Source: a virus. From it: DNA of 64,000 nt. The stretch spans positions 1-64,000 of the IMG/VR virus record IMGVR_UViG_3300035698_006183; one strand, given 5' to 3'. Positions 1 through 8,512 of this stretch are shown here, piece by piece; positions within the stretch are counted from its first letter, which is position 1; every line of letters begins with the position of its first letter. Below the pieces are notes generated by a model, which ran no database searches, had not been told where the DNA came from, and was given only the letters and a program-made list of their open reading frames with translations. The position numbers were made by a program, and so were the translations under genes.

Positions 1-2262
1 GGTGAGAAAGTTGCTCAGGACATGACGGGAATGATGGAGCAGTTAGGCCATTCTCTCGGGGGTGTTCGAGAAAACTTTGCTATGATTTATGATGCTGCTC
101 AGATGAGTGGGTTCGGAACGAAACGATTCTTCGGGATGGTTCTCCAAGCTACCACAGGTATGGGGATGTACAACGTCCGGTTGGAACAGACTACCAACAT
201 GCTTCTCAACCTGAATAAAATCTTAGGGACCAAGTTCGGTGCGGACTTCTTCCAGAAGTTGACAGGCCAGTTTTCAGGAGATGATGCTGGTGAGGGCATA
301 AAGAAAGTCATGTTACGTGGCGGTAAAGCAGTTACAGCTACTTTACAGAGCCAGGCTGAATATACGGCTGATGGTGTGATGAATGTTTTCAAATCTCATT
401 TGGGAGATGATTTTTCTACAGGATTAAAAGATATTTTCGGAGCTGAAGGGACAGAACTTGCAGCACAACTTTCTGATGCTGATACACGAGGGGAAGGAAT
501 TACTTCTCTTGTGTCCATGTTAGGGAAAATGAGTGGTAAAGATCAAGGTGCAGCTTTTGTTGAAATTGAGAAGAAGATAGGCTCTGATGCAGCTCGTCAA
601 TTCCAGCAGTTATTAGTTCAGACAAATGGTATCACAGGCAATCTAGGAGAACAGATAACAGCTCTGAGGGCTCTGGGTCCTGGTGGTGTCTTGGCAGACC
701 AGATGACTCGGATGCTTCAAGTAACTGGGGCTAAAAGCATGTCTGAATTAGGAGAGAAGCTGGGTGCTATAAGTCAAAAAACTCTTGAAGGTCTACATGG
801 GATAGATTCGACAATGAGAGATCAAATGCTTGCAATGGCCACAAGTACAGGGTCTCATTGGAATGATATGAAGAAACTCCAGAAAGAGATTAAGGATGGA
901 GTATATGACCAAGACCCCGATGGATTGTTAGCTAAGCAGACAAAACAAATGGACACCTGGGGAGCTACAGCTACTAAGGACGGTAAGATTTGGCAAGCTA
1001 AGTTAGATGAAAATGGAGAGATTGAAAAGATAGGTTTTAAAGCAATAGAAGATGAAAAAGATTTACTGATGGGTCGAGTAAAATCAGATGCTGCTATTGA
1101 AAAAACAATGACTGCTCAGGAAGCTCTGGCATTAGAGGTTGCTTCTAATACCACAGATATGACCCATGCTTTGGAAGTGGGGATTCAGTATATCCTGAAT
1201 GGTATTTATGATTCAGTAAAAAGTATCTCAGGGTTTTTGTTAGGTAAAGGGTTGGATGATGATGAAAAAATAGACCAGGCTAAAGCCTTAGCTGCACAAG
1301 AAGCTATTTCTAAGGATTTAGTAGAACAGTCAAAAGATAAAAGAAGAGAAATCAGTACCGTGAAAGCAGATATAAGCCAAGTTAAAGAAGGGCCTGAGAA
1401 AGATGCTATGAGGGCAACCTTGGCACAACTAAAATCTGAGTTTAAGACCATGAATACAAAATTGGGTGCTAGTAGAGATATAGAAAAAGTGATTTCTCGG
1501 TTTGAGGGTGTCTTTCTTGATAAAGATATTGAACAATTGACAGATTATGCTCGTACTAAAGCAGCAAATGATAAGTATGGACGTACTGAAGGAAGTTATG
1601 TTGGTACACGCGGTCGTGGTGGCCGTCAGTTACCTACAACTTTTGATCAGAGAACAGCTCGGGCAGGTCTAAGGGAAACACACCCCGAAGACCTGAAAGA
1701 AATATTAGAATCTGGTAAAAGTGATAAAGAAATTGATAAGGCCATTGAAAAGTTAGCTGATGGTGCCTATAAAGATCAAGTTCAGGCTCAGAAGACCCTA
1801 TCTACTGATATTGGTAAAGATGCTGAAAAACGGCAGAAAAAACAAGAGACTTTTGCAATCCAGAAAGAAGCTCCTAAGATTGGTCAAGAAGTGAACCTTC
1901 AAGCTAAAGATGAAAAACTGAGGGAGATGATATCGGAGAAACTCGGATCTTCTGTATCTGACCGAACACTTCAAGCCTTTAAAAGAGGGAATATCTCTGG
2001 AGTGTCTGGAGAGGAACGTAGCCAAATTGTAAAACAATGGCAGGCTGGTTTAAGAACTGCTGAGAAAGCAGATGATTTCATTCTGAGTGGGGGTCGTCTT
2101 ATTAAACCGAACTCTAAAGATACAATTGTTGGCTCTAAGCCAGGTGGCCCACTAGATCAAAAAAGAGGTGGGAACTCCATCATCAACAACTACTACCTCC
2201 CGAACGATGCCAATCAGAACCTGAATGCTATCACGAAGGCACAGAAAGCAGGGGTTTTATAA
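1..2262 (+). CDS. Tail tape-measure protein, C-terminal part (5' truncated)
   Basis: The frame is open from base 1 (GGT GAG AAA GTT GCT CAG GAC ATG), so the true start is upstream. Helical A/G/K/Q-rich sequence with coiled-coil stretches and a C-terminal 'ADDFILSGGRLIKPNSKDTIVGSKPGGPL...IINNYY' segment of the kind that ends tape-measure proteins. Lies immediately before tube-initiator/hub genes. Confidence 0.7.
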   Translation, partial: GEKVAQDMTGMMEQLGHSLGGVRENFAMIYDAAQMSGFGTKRFFGMVLQATTGMGMYNVRLEQTTNMLLNLNKILGTKFGADFFQKLTGQFSGDDAGEGIKKVMLRGGKAVTATLQSQAEYTADGVMNVFKSHLGDDFSTGLKDIFGAEGTELAAQLSDADTRGEGITSLVSMLGKMSGKDQGAAFVEIEKKIGSDAARQFQQLLVQTNGITGNLGEQITALRALGPGGVLADQMTRMLQVTGAKSMSELGEKLGAISQKTLEGLHGIDSTMRDQMLAMATSTGSHWNDMKKLQKEIKDGVYDQDPDGLLAKQTKQMDTWGATATKDGKIWQAKLDENGEIEKIGFKAIEDEKDLLMGRVKSDAAIEKTMTAQEALALEVASNTTDMTHALEVGIQYILNGIYDSVKSISGFLLGKGLDDDEKIDQAKALAAQEAISKDLVEQSKDKRREISTVKADISQVKEGPEKDAMRATLAQLKSEFKTMNTKLGASRDIEKVISRFEGVFLDKDIEQLTDYARTKAANDKYGRTEGSYVGTRGRGGRQLPTTFDQRTARAGLRETHPEDLKEILESGKSDKEIDKAIEKLADGAYKDQVQAQKTLSTDIGKDAEKRQKKQETFAIQKEAPKIGQEVNLQAKDEKLREMISEKLGSSVSDRTLQAFKRGNISGVSGEERSQIVKQWQAGLRTAEKADDFILSGGRLIKPNSKDTIVGSKPGGPLDQKRGGNSIINNYYLPNDANQNLNAITKAQKAGVL

Positions 2263-2265
2263 CCG

Positions 2266-2961
2266 ATGGCCAAGAAACCACCAGTTTTCCGGTCGTCTTT
2301 CATGTCACCGGATGATGAATTTAACGAGAGCCTCGGCAAAAAGCCCGTTGTTTTCGATATCTTAGCTACCGACAGGGAAACGAGTATCCTCCCTGACAAC
2401 ATGAAACTGGTGCTACATGTGAACCCAGAGTCAATGTCCGTCAACTACTCCAAAATCATTGAACGAATCCCAACTAAAGGCGGGTTCGTTGAACAGCATT
2501 TCGGTGAAGGTCTGGATTCCCTGGAATTTAACCTGGCATCTGGTGGGTTCATGAGGTTGTACTCAGGACTATCAAATATTACAGGTGGCCAAGGAGCTAT
2601 TGATGTAGAGGGTAGCCGTCGGGACTCCATTGCTTACGATAAATACCTGGATGTGTTGGCATTGTTTCATAATAATGGCTCTGTCTACGATGTTACAGGG
2701 AAGATTGTGTTCCAGGGATACATCAGCGTCACGTTTGACGGGGGTGTCTATCTAGGAGTATTCAATGATTTCACAGTAACAGAAGCTGCTGATAAACCAT
2801 ATCAGTTCACGATGTCCACGAGTTTCACTGTCCAGTCTGAGCTGGTCAGGATACGAACAGATATGTCTTACAACCTTCAGGGTGAGATGCACAACATCTC
2901 TAATGATACTCCAGATATTCTGAATCCTGATTTCCTTGATTTAGGTCGAAGGATAAAGTGA
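2266..2961 (+). CDS. Putative tail-tube initiator / baseplate-proximal tube-fold protein (paralog 1)
   Basis: 'LHVNPESMSVNYSK...TKGGFVEQHFGEGLDSLEF...YLGVFNDFTVTEAADKPYQFTMSTSFTV' is the NP...(W/F)G...G.F..F...E...P....F.F pattern of tube-fold proteins that follow tape-measure genes. Confidence 0.6.
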   Translation: MAKKPPVFRSSFMSPDDEFNESLGKKPVVFDILATDRETSILPDNMKLVLHVNPESMSVNYSKIIERIPTKGGFVEQHFGEGLDSLEFNLASGGFMRLYSGLSNITGGQGAIDVEGSRRDSIAYDKYLDVLALFHNNGSVYDVTGKIVFQGYISVTFDGGVYLGVFNDFTVTEAADKPYQFTMSTSFTVQSELVRIRTDMSYNLQGEMHNISNDTPDILNPDFLDLGRRIK

Positions 2962-2968
2962 GGGTGTT

Positions 2969-4366
2969 ATGGCTGAAATAGTCACAGTAAATGTAAATGA
3001 TGCTGTAGAAAACTCGAAGGCATCTGGGGGTGTTCCAGATGGTGTGAACCGAGCAATGATGTCAGCTCTAGCTGTGAAGAACCCTCCAGCTCCATTAGCT
3101 TATCAACACCTGAACGTGGGACCAGAACTGTCCATTGAGATGGAAAATATCTCAGCAGACCAAATTGATAATACTCGGCAGATGCTCCGTAATCTGTCAC
3201 CGTTCGTTCTTCAGATAGAACCACCCGCATCATTCCAATCTTATACTTCGGAACCAAGTGATGCTAATAGCCCGAGAATCAATCTTTACGATGTAGCTAA
3301 TGGGACGGCCAATAGTTATCAGAAAGCTCGTGATGCCATTTCCCAGGATAGTTTTTTATCAGGGATTGCCAGCACACAGACAACAATGGACCCTGAAGCA
3401 GCTGTGGCTCGGACAGCTTATGCAGTAGATTCTTTCTTTGGTAGTGCCTCCGACATAGATGCTGCTCCTGATGGGAGCCAGCCGGATTTAGTTTCACGAG
3501 GAAAGCCTGCCTTGCCAGACCTTCTGACTGTGATGGACATGCGGTTGCAAATATCTAATATCCTTAACATTCCTCCACTTGTACTGTTGATTAACCCGAC
3601 GACGTTCCAGGTTCAGTACACCAAGATTCAACAATATCAGGACCGTAGCCGGTACGGGTACATCCTCCATACTTGGGGTGAAGACCAAGCCAAGGTTTCT
3701 TTCACAGCAAAGTGTGGAGCTTTTATCTCTGGTGGTCGAGGTGTTCATGTAGCCAGCCGTAATGATTCCAAAGCCTGGCAGAACATGCAGAACCTGATGA
3801 GGTTCTATAAAAACAATGGTTACATCTACGATACAATGGGCCGTTCAAATGCACATCTCCATGTAGGAGCTTTGTCCATTCGGTATGACGGATTCATTTA
3901 CTATGGTAGCATGGAGTCATTCACATTCGAATTGAACGAAGATAATGAGCTTGGTGGTGTAGAGTTTAACATTGAGTTCACGGCTAACGGTATTCAGGAT
4001 ACAACTCCTGATGTTAACATCGTCAATCCTATGCGGGCTCCTTTGCCGAGCATTGAAGATCAACGATACATGAACTCAGGCAAGAACAAGCCTGGTGAAT
4101 ATGCTTTTGGAATTGGAGATGACGGTGCTCGTCTGACCACTCAGGGTCGAGAGGTGAGTGCTAGTGATGCTCTTAATACGTTAGTTCCCCAAGATGGTGC
4201 TGGAGGGGCAGGTACTCAGCCTGCTGACCCCACTACGATTGGGAGGACTGGTGGGCTTGCCGACCAGCCAGTAGGAAGCCAGGGTTTCCAGAGTTCTGGG
4301 GGCACTGTAAATGTAGAAGAAGTGGAACAAACTTCAATCTCTAATGCTAAACCGTTTGGATTTTAA
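2969..4366 (+). CDS. Putative tail-tube initiator / tube-fold protein (paralog 2) with N- and C-terminal extensions
   Basis: Central 'LLINPTTFQVQYTK...YILHTWGEDQAKVSF...YYGSMESFTFELNED...VEFNIEFTA' aligns by eye with the preceding protein. GAGGG precedes the ATG. Confidence 0.6.
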   Translation: MAEIVTVNVNDAVENSKASGGVPDGVNRAMMSALAVKNPPAPLAYQHLNVGPELSIEMENISADQIDNTRQMLRNLSPFVLQIEPPASFQSYTSEPSDANSPRINLYDVANGTANSYQKARDAISQDSFLSGIASTQTTMDPEAAVARTAYAVDSFFGSASDIDAAPDGSQPDLVSRGKPALPDLLTVMDMRLQISNILNIPPLVLLINPTTFQVQYTKIQQYQDRSRYGYILHTWGEDQAKVSFTAKCGAFISGGRGVHVASRNDSKAWQNMQNLMRFYKNNGYIYDTMGRSNAHLHVGALSIRYDGFIYYGSMESFTFELNEDNELGGVEFNIEFTANGIQDTTPDVNIVNPMRAPLPSIEDQRYMNSGKNKPGEYAFGIGDDGARLTTQGREVSASDALNTLVPQDGAGGAGTQPADPTTIGRTGGLADQPVGSQGFQSSGGTVNVEEVEQTSISNAKPFGF

Positions 4367-4369
4367 CCG

Positions 4370-7300
4370 ATGGGTATTGAAAATAGACCATATGTAGGGA
4401 CATGGAAGCTGAACCGTCAGCAAATTGTCCAACACACTCCAGATTGCTTGGTGTATCTGAATGGAGACATCTCTCTACCAGGGTGTGCTCGATGCAACAG
4501 CAAGATTAACATACAGGAGTTCGTGACAGAGGTGTCTGTGGACGCAGGAACGGACCCTGGAGCTACGTCTGCATCCTTTACCTTGTCAGTACCAGTCCAT
4601 CATCATGAATCGTTTGCACGGGATGCTCAGTTCATTCTCCGACCAGGGTTGGAAGTCCACATTTACCAGCGTGGTTATTTCCCCGTGGAAGGGATGTATC
4701 AGGATACTGACGATGACAACATGCCTGCTTATCCGTATTACCATGTTTTCCACGGAGTTGTTACTCAGGTAGGTGGAGCTTACAGTTCTGGTGTTCAGAC
4801 TTTCTCTGTTCAGTGTGGCTCGATGCTACATTTCTGGCAGTTCCAACAGGTCAGTACAAATGCTTCTATTTTTGGGCAACGTCCTGAGAATTCTCACAAT
4901 AAAATATCAACAGTTGGCCATAACTACACAGGCCAACACCCTTACGAAATTGTCTGGCACATTCATAACGATTTCATCAGTGCAGCTGCTGGTGTTGGTT
5001 TTGCTTTGTCTTCCCAGACAAACATTGCTGCCATGTTCGGGGATAAAACCCTCTACTCCCTGGCAGCCAAGTATTGGGAGGAACGATTCAAGACCTCAAC
5101 CATCCGACTGAGGATGCACGGAGCCACTGGCCAGCTTTTCAATGCTGCTCAAGCAGCTTTCCTGGGGAGAGCCTCCAGTAAAGAACTACTCAAATTAACT
5201 AAGAGCCGGTTCAATCAATCCAACACCGGAGCAAAAGGTAACCCCGAAGTGTGGAGTGATGCTCGGATTCGTGGGTCTTGGACACCTGAGACTCTGGATG
5301 CCCTTCTCTACATGGACAGGGCTTCTGCTGGTAGTAAACCTGTTGATTTGAACATTGTTGACATGCAGGCTTTCATTAGTGATATTGGTATGTTTGGTCA
5401 GTTCAATGAGTTTGAAGCTACCTATGAAAGCAAGATGGATATTGTTAACAAAGTGTGTGAGGTTTCAGGCTTTGAGTTTTACCAGGATGTAGATGGGGAT
5501 TTTGTTTTCAAACCTCCATTCTATAACCTCGATACGTCAGGTTCGAGAACCTATTGCATCGAGGATATTGACATCATCAACATCAGCTTCGATGAAAAAG
5601 AACCAGAAGTCACATATATGACAGCCAAGAGTGGCCAAATTAAGAATGTGACGAGTACGGGAGCTGAGAATGAGTACGGTGTTCGTGGCCAGCATGTAGA
5701 TTATCGTCTGGTAGCTCAGTACGGCTGGCGTCCCGGTGAGTTTGAAACAGCTTACTTCAATGATAAAGATGCAATGCAACATGCGGCAGCCAATCAGATG
5801 GACATCATGAATGCTCCTTCAAAGTCGGCTTCCGTAACGATCCCTCTCCGGCCTGAAATTCGTCCAGGATATCCAGTGTACATCCGATACTTAGATTGCT
5901 TCTATTACTGCACCTCGATGTCACATGGTTTCATGGCGGGTGGTCAGTGTACGACAACCCTCCAGCTCGTGGCCAAAAGAGCCAAGTTCTTTGCTCCTGG
6001 GGATGTGGATAAACCTGATGGTGGTATCAATGCTATTCATCTGGACAACCCATCCATGCCACCTCGTCCTTTACAGGTGGAAGATAACATGGGCTACCCT
6101 TCTCTGATGGGATTCCCAAATGTAGTAATGGCTCTTGACCCTAACAGAGTAGACCCTCGGACAATATTACTTGGAGGTGGGGTCTTTGATGTCTCTATCC
6201 CTGGGATGATTCCGGGAATCATCGTGATGGCTTTGGATATGAAAGTCATTAGATTTGCGGGTGGGGCTGACATGGGGACTCTGTTTGAGATGCAGACTGG
6301 TGAAGGCACGGTCATGAAATTCCAATATGACCTTGACCAAGATTTGCTACCTCCTGGAACACATCCTCCAGTGAATGCTGAAGGGGAATTTGTAGATTTA
6401 GCAAAAGGGATAAATAAATATAAGAAACGACTGGAAGCCTTTGCTATAGACAAGGTTAAATTAGAGAAAGACCTTCAGAAAGCATTGAAGTTACAAGATG
6501 CTGCTTCCCTTAAATATAACAGGATTGCCAACAACTCAACAAACAAAACAAGTCGAGCAAATGCTTGGAAACAAGTGGTAGCTACACAGAAGAAAGTGGC
6601 TGTAGCTAGAAACAACTTAGCCCAGAGTATGGTTGCTTTCGAATCCAACCTTAGTAATATGAAAGATACTGAGCCATTAAAAGTTCTTTACACCATCGTT
6701 CTGAATCTGATGAGTACCAAAGATGGTTCTCGAAAAGATGTCAATAGCACCAACTTCATTTTAGGGGTGTTAGCTGACAAGAAAGCAACACGGACAAATG
6801 GTACCATGTCAGGTTCGTACCGATATTATTCATCTTCTCATCCGAGTCCTCAACACCAAGGGATGGGGAAACTAACTATCAATGTTACTGATGAGGATAA
6901 ATCCCACACTGTAGTTGATGCCCCACTTGAAAATGGGCAGATTGACGGAGAAGGTTTCCTTCCAGGTGGGTCTCAAACACCTTTGAATAAAGGTGTGGAT
7001 TCCAAGTTCGGCACAATCCCAGTAACTAAGGGGATTACAGTTCTAACAGGCCACCCTGATAAAAAAGGCGGGGTAGTTGTACCAACGTCAGAAATTCGAG
7101 AGATGATGTTTTCTCCTGTGGATTACAACCTTGGGAGTGTGAAGACTACGACAGTAGATACCCCGAACCCTGGTGCTTTAGGTGCCAAGTTTTTCTCAAA
7201 TCTGTCCAAGAGTGCAATAGTTCAAGGAGCCTCTCAATCAGCTACCAACACTTTAGAAGAGGCTTTCGGTGCATGGGTTGCAGAACTGAATTACAACATT

Positions 7301-8512
7301 TCATCATCAGCTCAGGGTGCTGATAGTTCTATCCCTCAACCCACTCCGATAACATTGCCAGCAGTGAAGATAAAAGGTGCTAGTGTATTCCCAATACATT
7401 CCCCTCAGAATTTCAAATTGAGTGGGACAAATGGGACTATAACATTCCCACTCAGTGAGAAAATGCCAGTAGATCAGTTTTGGAAGATTGTTTCCAAAAA
7501 CCTGGCTGCTGCTGTCCAAAAACAAATCAATACCTGGGTGAAAACCTGGAGACAGTCCGTATTACAAGGAGCCGAAGCAACTCAAGAAAATACGGTTACA
7601 TTAAATGAGGCACTGAAAGTAACGGCTAATTTCTTCTCAAGCCTCTCTCAAATCTATGGCGCAGCAGGGATTACGAAAATCAGACGAACCAGTGGGAAAA
7701 AGAATAAGAAGATTGCTGTGAGTAGCCCTGTCTTCCCCGTATCTGATGCCCGTGGGTATGAGATTGTAGGGTCTTATCGTTATGGCCGAGGTGTGGACAT
7801 TGATGAGAATGGAGTGTTTTCACAATTGGTTATGGAAGGTCCCTTGCAAAGTTTGGATATAGCAAGTGTGGATATCTTCGTCAATGGCATCATGCGGAAT
7901 AAAGCAACTGTAGGGTATGCTCAGATTCAAGGACTGTTACAAAGTCTGGACAAATCCTATCCAGGTCAAATGGCTGCTATCAGGCAGAAAGCAAATAAAC
8001 CTGGTGAAGAAGGAACTCAAACTCAAATGCTGACGGATGGCCTTCGAGCTTGGTATATTAACAGTGTGAAAGATGGTGTGGCTAAAACTAAAATACAACT
8101 GACGAATGCTGCCTACTCTCTGGCTGATTTAACCCCCGACTCTGTAAGGACTTGTCATTGTAAGATGGCTGAGGCTAACATTGTTCTGGAAGGTGCTCAG
8201 GAACGTGAGTTCATCCCAGTGGTGGAAGGATTCATGGAACTACAACAGGGTGACCCAGTAACAGCAGCTTCAGCCAAAGCAGCAGCTGCAGCCGGACAGA
8301 ATTGGATTCTTCATCAGGATGCCCTTCGTGGTGAAGTTAGTGACCGAGACCCTGGAGACATTGTTGGTTCTATTGCTAGTTTGGATGAAACCCTTCAGGC
8401 TGCCTCAGAGGCTACTCAACGGATAGTTAACGATGTAGAAGCAGCTGCAGACGATGTAGTGGAAGCTACTGAAAATGTTGATGATGCCTTTGGCGGGGAT
8501 GGAGAAGTATAA
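4370..8512 (+). CDS. Baseplate hub protein (T4 gp27 / P2 gpD / XkdQ-like) with long C-terminal extension
   Basis: N-terminal ~540 aa carry hub-type motifs: 'VFHGVVTQV', 'FEFYQDVDGDFVFKPPFYN', 'ASVTIPLRPEIRPGYPVYI...YYCTSMSHGF...CTTTLQL'. Positioned between tube initiators and spike. Confidence 0.7.
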   Translation: MGIENRPYVGTWKLNRQQIVQHTPDCLVYLNGDISLPGCARCNSKINIQEFVTEVSVDAGTDPGATSASFTLSVPVHHHESFARDAQFILRPGLEVHIYQRGYFPVEGMYQDTDDDNMPAYPYYHVFHGVVTQVGGAYSSGVQTFSVQCGSMLHFWQFQQVSTNASIFGQRPENSHNKISTVGHNYTGQHPYEIVWHIHNDFISAAAGVGFALSSQTNIAAMFGDKTLYSLAAKYWEERFKTSTIRLRMHGATGQLFNAAQAAFLGRASSKELLKLTKSRFNQSNTGAKGNPEVWSDARIRGSWTPETLDALLYMDRASAGSKPVDLNIVDMQAFISDIGMFGQFNEFEATYESKMDIVNKVCEVSGFEFYQDVDGDFVFKPPFYNLDTSGSRTYCIEDIDIINISFDEKEPEVTYMTAKSGQIKNVTSTGAENEYGVRGQHVDYRLVAQYGWRPGEFETAYFNDKDAMQHAAANQMDIMNAPSKSASVTIPLRPEIRPGYPVYIRYLDCFYYCTSMSHGFMAGGQCTTTLQLVAKRAKFFAPGDVDKPDGGINAIHLDNPSMPPRPLQVEDNMGYPSLMGFPNVVMALDPNRVDPRTILLGGGVFDVSIPGMIPGIIVMALDMKVIRFAGGADMGTLFEMQTGEGTVMKFQYDLDQDLLPPGTHPPVNAEGEFVDLAKGINKYKKRLEAFAIDKVKLEKDLQKALKLQDAASLKYNRIANNSTNKTSRANAWKQVVATQKKVAVARNNLAQSMVAFESNLSNMKDTEPLKVLYTIVLNLMSTKDGSRKDVNSTNFILGVLADKKATRTNGTMSGSYRYYSSSHPSPQHQGMGKLTINVTDEDKSHTVVDAPLENGQIDGEGFLPGGSQTPLNKGVDSKFGTIPVTKGITVLTGHPDKKGGVVVPTSEIREMMFSPVDYNLGSVKTTTVDTPNPGALGAKFFSNLSKSAIVQGASQSATNTLEEAFGAWVAELNYNISSSAQGADSSIPQPTPITLPAVKIKGASVFPIHSPQNFKLSGTNGTITFPLSEKMPVDQFWKIVSKNLAAAVQKQINTWVKTWRQSVLQGAEATQENTVTLNEALKVTANFFSSLSQIYGAAGITKIRRTSGKKNKKIAVSSPVFPVSDARGYEIVGSYRYGRGVDIDENGVFSQLVMEGPLQSLDIASVDIFVNGIMRNKATVGYAQIQGLLQSLDKSYPGQMAAIRQKANKPGEEGTQTQMLTDGLRAWYINSVKDGVAKTKIQLTNAAYSLADLTPDSVRTCHCKMAEANIVLEGAQEREFIPVVEGFMELQQGDPVTAASAKAAAAAGQNWILHQDALRGEVSDRDPGDIVGSIASLDETLQAASEATQRIVNDVEAAADDVVEATENVDDAFGGDGEV

